A stretch of 64,000 nucleotides of DNA, taken from assembly GCA_964016885.1 (NCBI GenBank), contig OZ024745.1, positions 71,982,001-72,046,000 of the forward strand. Reading direction: 5' to 3'. The position numbers and the translations under genes were made by a program. The notes under the pieces were generated by a model, which was not told where the DNA came from, made no database searches, and was given only the letters and a program-made list of their open reading frames with translations. Below are positions 58,458 to 64,000 of the stretch, in pieces (the first letter of the stretch is position 1; each line of letters begins with the position of its first letter). This DNA is from Eledone cirrhosa (taxonomy: Eukaryota).

Positions 58458-59385
58458 CGTGAATTGGCAGATCGATAGAGGGTTGCACGCCATGCTTTCT
58501 TGCATAGTTACGTCCCTTTACGATCTGAGTTCAAATCCCGTCGAGGTTAACTTTGCTTTTCATCCTTACGGGGTCGATAAAATAAAGTACCAGTAATGTA
58601 CTGGGTTATTGATGGCCTTGTGCCAAAAGTAGAAACAATTATATTGTATATATTGGCAGCATCGGTAGCGAGTCAGACACCATGCTTTACAGCATAGAGC
58701 TATGACCCTTTACGTTCTGAGTTGAAATCCCGCCGAGGTTAACTTTGCCTTTCATCCTTACGGGGGTCGATAAAATAAAGTACCAGTAATGCACTGAGTA
58801 ATTTGGTGGCCTTGTGCCAGAAGTAGAGATAATTATATTGTATATATATATATAAGCGTGAACCTAATATAAGTGTCATTTTGCCTCCTTTGCTTTTTGT
58901 TTCATTTTGAACTACATACATACATGTATGTATGTATGTATGTATGTATGTATGTATGTATGTATGTATGTATGTATGTATGTATGTATGTATATTAGGA
59001 GAAGGCAACTCAGGAAAGTGGGATAACTCCGATATAAAACCTGCGGCTCAGTAGTTACCGACGATGTTGATCTTTTCTTCTTTTCGGGTTATAGCTACTG
59101 TCGCTGAGAGAGTGGGATTGGCTCAGTGCACAGTCTTTCCTCACTTTAAAAAATATCTTCATGCACAGGCATTGCACGATAGAATTAATTGATAATTATT
59201 AATAATTGTTTCTACTTTAGGCACAAGGCCAGCAAATACCCAGTGCATTACTGGTACTTTATTTTATCGACCCCGTAAGGATGAAAGGCAAAGTCAACCT
59301 CGGCGGGATTTGAACTCAGATCGTAAAGGGACGTAACTATGCTGGAAAGCATTCCGTCCTACCCTCTACCGATACTGCCAATCCA
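58458..59385. mobile_element. Cluster of tRNA-derived SINE copies (58458-58640 +, 58655-58835 +, 59205-59385 -)
   Basis: SINE core and B box; further copies at 60610-60885. Confidence 0.85.
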
Positions 59386-59964
59386 AATAATGGTATATCG
59401 TGCAATGGCCATACTCGATAACGAGGGGGCAGTCATCATGTATGTATGTATGAGGGAGCTTATAGATAGGACAACACACGCTGTCTTTTCGTGGGGTAAG
59501 TTTTTAATTAATTTTTGTATTCTGAAACATCAAAATACAACAATTTTTAGGTCACTGGACTCGGGAATAACATGACAGAAGTTTGTGGAAGTTACACAAA
59601 TATTTTCGTATATTTTAGCAGAGCAATCCTTATTTATATTTTACATTTTACATTTACTTACATCTCAATATAACATGGCTAAAATTCAAATTTTGCAAAG
59701 AGAAGAACACGGACAAATGAACTAGATACATCTCACTGCCCCCCACCACCACATAGCGTCTATATTCTCTCCCCACCACCAATTTACATTATCCTATCTA
59801 GACTAAAGTCACCGACCTGTTGTCAAACTCTCTACTCTGTGTTGAATGTGGGTGTGTATATATATATATATATGTATGTAGGAGGTGAGTTTTATTGTAG
59901 TACAATAAAGCAATGCAGATATCGGATAAGAAGCACTCTACAGTTTGTGGGACTGGAGTATGCA

Positions 59965-60287
59965 TAATATAAGATCAAAAGATGGTTAAAGGAGTTCCAT
60001 ATATTTAATTTGCGCATTTCAAAAACAAACATCATCAAGCAATAATATTTGTGTTTTCATCAGATAAAACAGGAGAACATGATATGAAGGTTAAAAAAAA
60101 CACACATGTTGATATGTTGATTAAAAACTGCACTATCAACATGTGTGTTTTTTTTAACCTTCATATCATGTTCTCCTGTTTTATCTGATGAAAACACAAA
60201 TATTATTGCTTGATGATGTTTGTTTTTGAAATGCGCATAATAAAATATATGGAACTCCTTTAACCATCTTTTGATCTTATATTATAT
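59965..60287. mobile_element. Fold-back cassette with two divergent hammerheads
   Basis: ~150-bp inverted arms; (+) HHR 60177-60247 intact, (-) HHR 60001-60071 with mutated cleavage triplet. Confidence 0.85.
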
Positions 60288-60976
60288 ATATATGTATGTA
60301 TATGTGTGTATATACATCACTCAGTCAAACGATCGGATTTCAACCCCAACATCTACAACAACAACAACAACGGCACTAATGTTTACAGCAACAACAGCTT
60401 CAGAATGAATTGAAATGAACATTTACAACAACAACAACAACAACAGCGGCATCAAACGATAAAAAAAACAACAAAAACTCAAAATAACAAAACACGCACA
60501 CACGCGCACACACAACACAACAACATCAACTGCCACCACCACCACCGCCGCCGCCATCACCATCATCAGCGACCGGGCCTTAAGAAAACAACTTTAATAA
60601 TAATAATTTTTCTGCTTTTGGCACGGAGCCAGCGACTGGACCAGCGCATTACTGGTACACTCTTTTGTTGACTCCGTGGGGATGAAAGGCAAGGTTGACC
60701 TCGGCGAGATTTGAGTTCAGAGCATGGAGAGCCATAGCTCTATGCTGTAAAGCAATTATAATAATTGTTTCTACTTTAGGCACAAGGCCAGCAGTTACCC
60801 GGTGCATTACTGGTACTTTATTTTATCGACCCCCGTAAGGATGAAAGGCAAAGACAACCTCGGCGAGATTTGAACTCAGATCGTATACTGAACTGTAACA
60901 CGAACGGCTTCAACTATACGAACTCTTGAAAGTCAACAGTTGACATAATCTTGTAATCTTGTATCAGTAATGACGG

Positions 60977-61009
<33 letters not shown>

Positions 61010-61013
<4 letters not shown>

Positions 61014-61065
61014 AGTATGCATGTATACGTACATACATATATGTATACAGACGTACAGTAGCATG

Positions 61066-61099
<34 letters not shown>

Positions 61100-61546
61100 T
61101 ATATACATATGCATACAGGTACACATACATATATGCACGTATCAGTTTAGCGGCGCTTATTATAACGTCGCTTTGTTCGTTCGTAAACAAACTGAACAGC
61201 CTGAATTTATGCCATACGGTGTTAAGGCAACCACGTCACCTTTTTGTTCAACACTGACACAGGAACGATGTACTAGTTTCAAGCTTGTTAGCTATCATCA
61301 GCACCGTTTACCCATCTGCCAGATAGTTGAACGTTCGAAAGTATATACTTTCCTTATGAAAATTAACGGCTGAGCAGCCTAATTTGCATATTGAGTGAGT
61401 TAAATCGGTCAGGCATACCGAAAACGATAAATTGAAACAAAATGAAAGCGAAATTTCATTTCTCACTCTTAGTATGGCACTTACTTAAATGTAAGTATGC
61501 ATGTATACGTACATACATATATGTATACAGACGTACAGTAGCATGC

Positions 61547-61579
<33 letters not shown>

Positions 61580-61931
61580 TATATACATATGCATACAGGT
61601 ACACATACATATATGCACGTATCAGTTTAGCGGCGCTTATTATGCAAATTAGGCTGCTCAGCCGTTAATTTTCATAAGGAAAGTATATACTTTCGAACGT
61701 TCAACTATCTGGCAGATGGGTAAACGGTGCTGATGATAGCTAACAAGCTTGAAACTAGTACATCGTTCCTGTGTCAGTGTTGAACAAAAAGGTGACGTGG
61801 TTGCCTTAACACCGTATGGCATAAATTCAGGCTGTTCAGTTTGTTTACAAACGAACAAAGCGACGTTATAATAAGCGCCGCTAAACTGATACGTGCATAT
61901 ATGTATGTGTACCTGTATGCATATGTATATA

Positions 61932-61999
<68 letters not shown>

Positions 62000-62445
62000 C
62001 ATGCTACTGTACGTCTGTATACATATATGTATGTACGTATACATGCATACTTACATTTAAGTAAGTGCCATACTAAGAGTGAGAAATGAAATTTCGCTTT
62101 CATTTTGTTTCAATTTATCGTTTTCGGTATGCCTGACCGATTTAACTCACTCAATATGCAAATTAGGCTGCTCAGCCGTTAATTTTCATAAGGAAAGTAT
62201 ATACTTTCGAACGTTCAACTATCTGGCAGATGGGTAAACGGTGCTGATGATAGCTAACAAGCTTGAAACTAGTACATCGTTCCTGTGTCAGTGTTGAACA
62301 AAAAGGTGACGTGGTTGCCTTAACACCGTATGGCATAAATTCAGGCTGTTCAGTTTGTTTACAAACGAACAAAGCGACGTTATAATAAGCGCCGCTAAAC
62401 TGATACGTGCATATATGTATGTGTACCTGTATGCATATGTATATA

Positions 62446-62479
<34 letters not shown>

Positions 62480-62590
62480 CATGGTACTGTACGTCTGTAT
62501 ACATATATGTATGTACGTATACATGCATACTTACATTTAAGTAAGTGCCATACTAAGAGTGAGAAATGAAATTTCGCTTTCATTTTGTTT

Positions 62591-62593
<3 letters not shown>
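61010..62593. mobile_element. Inverted + tandem retrozyme-like array (~510-bp unit containing an internal TA tract)
   Basis: HHRs at 61264-61308 (-), 61723-61767 (+), 62237-62281 (+): AACGGTG-CTGATGA-T-AGCT-AACA-AGCT-T-GAAA-CTAG-TA-CATCGTT; inversion point ~61643; family fragment also at 5830-6010. Confidence 0.9.
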
Positions 62594-62669
<76 letters not shown>

Positions 62670-62756
62670 GGAAAATTTGAACAGGAACAAAACAGAGAGG
62701 CAGTACAACGAATGTTTATTAATTTCACGCTCTGGAGAGTGGGGTGGTGGTGGGGA

Positions 62757-62788
62757 ACGACGTTTCGGGCATAAGCCCTTCCTCAGGT
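62757..62788 (-). ncRNA. Minimal hammerhead motif in the terminal repeat of a PLE-like fragment (62668-64000, minus strand)
   Basis: AC-CTGAGGA-A-GGGC-TTAT-GCCC-GAAACGTC-GT; palindromic ACGT stem III; stem I only 2 bp. Confidence 0.65.
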
Positions 62789-64000
62789 GAGAAGTGTGTG
62801 GGAAGAGAGTTCAAAGGGTGTGTAGGGGAGTGATGGAGAGACATATAGCGAAAAGAGGGTGGGAGGAAACGGTGCGAATGAAATTAAAATAAAAATAAAA
62901 ATAAAGCATGATCAAAATAAAATGAAATGAAATAAAAATAAATATAAAAGCATGATCAAAATAAACTGAAATTAAAAAGGGGTAAAACAGGTGGTGGAAG
63001 GGTGTGGGGTGTGTAGGGGTGGTGGATGGTGGAGTGGGGAGAGGGAGACGGGGTGTCCGAGCGGGGAGGGCTGAAGGTGGTGTGTGTGTGTAGGTGTACG
63101 TGTGTGTGTGTGTGTGTGTGTATGTGAAAGCAAGGGTTGGGGGAAGAACAGGGTTGCATGTTCAGGAAGAGGTGTGTGTGGGGTGGGGTGTAGGTCGGAG
63201 TGTCTGTGCGTGTGTGGATAGAGGGGTGGAGGGGGGAGAGGAGTCCGGAGGCTGAGGGTATAAATATGTGGTGGAAAGCACGTGTGTGTGGGGTTTAAGC
63301 GTGTTGTGGGTGTAGGTGGCGTGAGGGAGAAAAAAAATTTTTGGGGTGTGTGTGTGGGTGAGTTATATAGGTGATTCCGTAAGAGGATGAGGTTGAAAAG
63401 TTGGTAAACTCCTATGATTTTAGTAGATTCCACGGTGGTCAAGTTCCACATACGAGTATTCCATGAAGAGAAGGTCGGAAGAGGAGAGATGTGGGGTGCG
63501 CGCGCAACAGGAAGTGGTCAAGGCAGTGGGAGTGCTGTGTGTCTGTTTGTGCTGGGAGGTGGTCAGAAGGGCATAGCAGCAGTCGGGTGGAATGGTAAAG
63601 GGGCGAGGATGGGTAGGTGTGAAAGTTGGAGTGAGGAAGGTGTGTGTGTGTATTAGTAGAGGTGTTAGTGGGATGAGTGAGTGTGGAGAAAGGGTGTGGG
63701 TGGTGAGGTGGGGAAAGGGTTGAATGCAGGTGTGAGTGGGGGTTACTGGTGGTAGGGTGTGTAGAGTTGGTGGTGTACGAGGGTGTGTGGGTACGTGTGC
63801 GTGGGGTTGGGGGGTGTTAGTGATGTTAGTTGCGTGTGAGGTGGGTGGTGTAAGTGGGTGCGTGTGTTCGTGTGCTTGGGGTCAGGGGGTGTGATGTTAG
63901 TTGCGGGGTGGTGGGATGGAGGTGTGGGGGTGAGGGTTAGTGGTGGTAGTAGGGTGTGTGTTTAGTGTGAGCGCGTGTATATATATATGCCGGTGGGTGT

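Overview
Eukaryotic, AT-rich, microsatellite-saturated genomic DNA. The (TA)n/(CA)n/(GA)n tracts and the dominant tRNA-derived SINE suggest an octopus/cephalopod, which is inference. No host gene can be called with confidence, and almost all listed ORFs are microsatellite translation artefacts. Recognisable elements: a deleted mariner, a Buster-type hAT with TIRs and an 8-bp TSD, two hAT MITEs, many SINEs, RTE fragments, and several Penelope-like elements (PLEs), including two frameshifted RT + GIY-YIG copies inside a ~6.2-kb tandem duplication. The main signal is non-coding. By eye I find about 40 minimal type-I hammerhead ribozyme motifs in roughly 11-12 sequence families. They sit in short cassettes inserted into (TA)n tracts, either as fold-back inverted pairs or as head-to-tail arrays with 319, ~442, ~514 and 523 bp units (retrozyme-like). 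Several families carry unusual cores: a compensatory U3-A8 pair, A4 or C4, and mismatched 10.1-11.1 positions. Fold-back junctions cluster at the ribozyme. Ribozyme folds were read manually and activity is untested.
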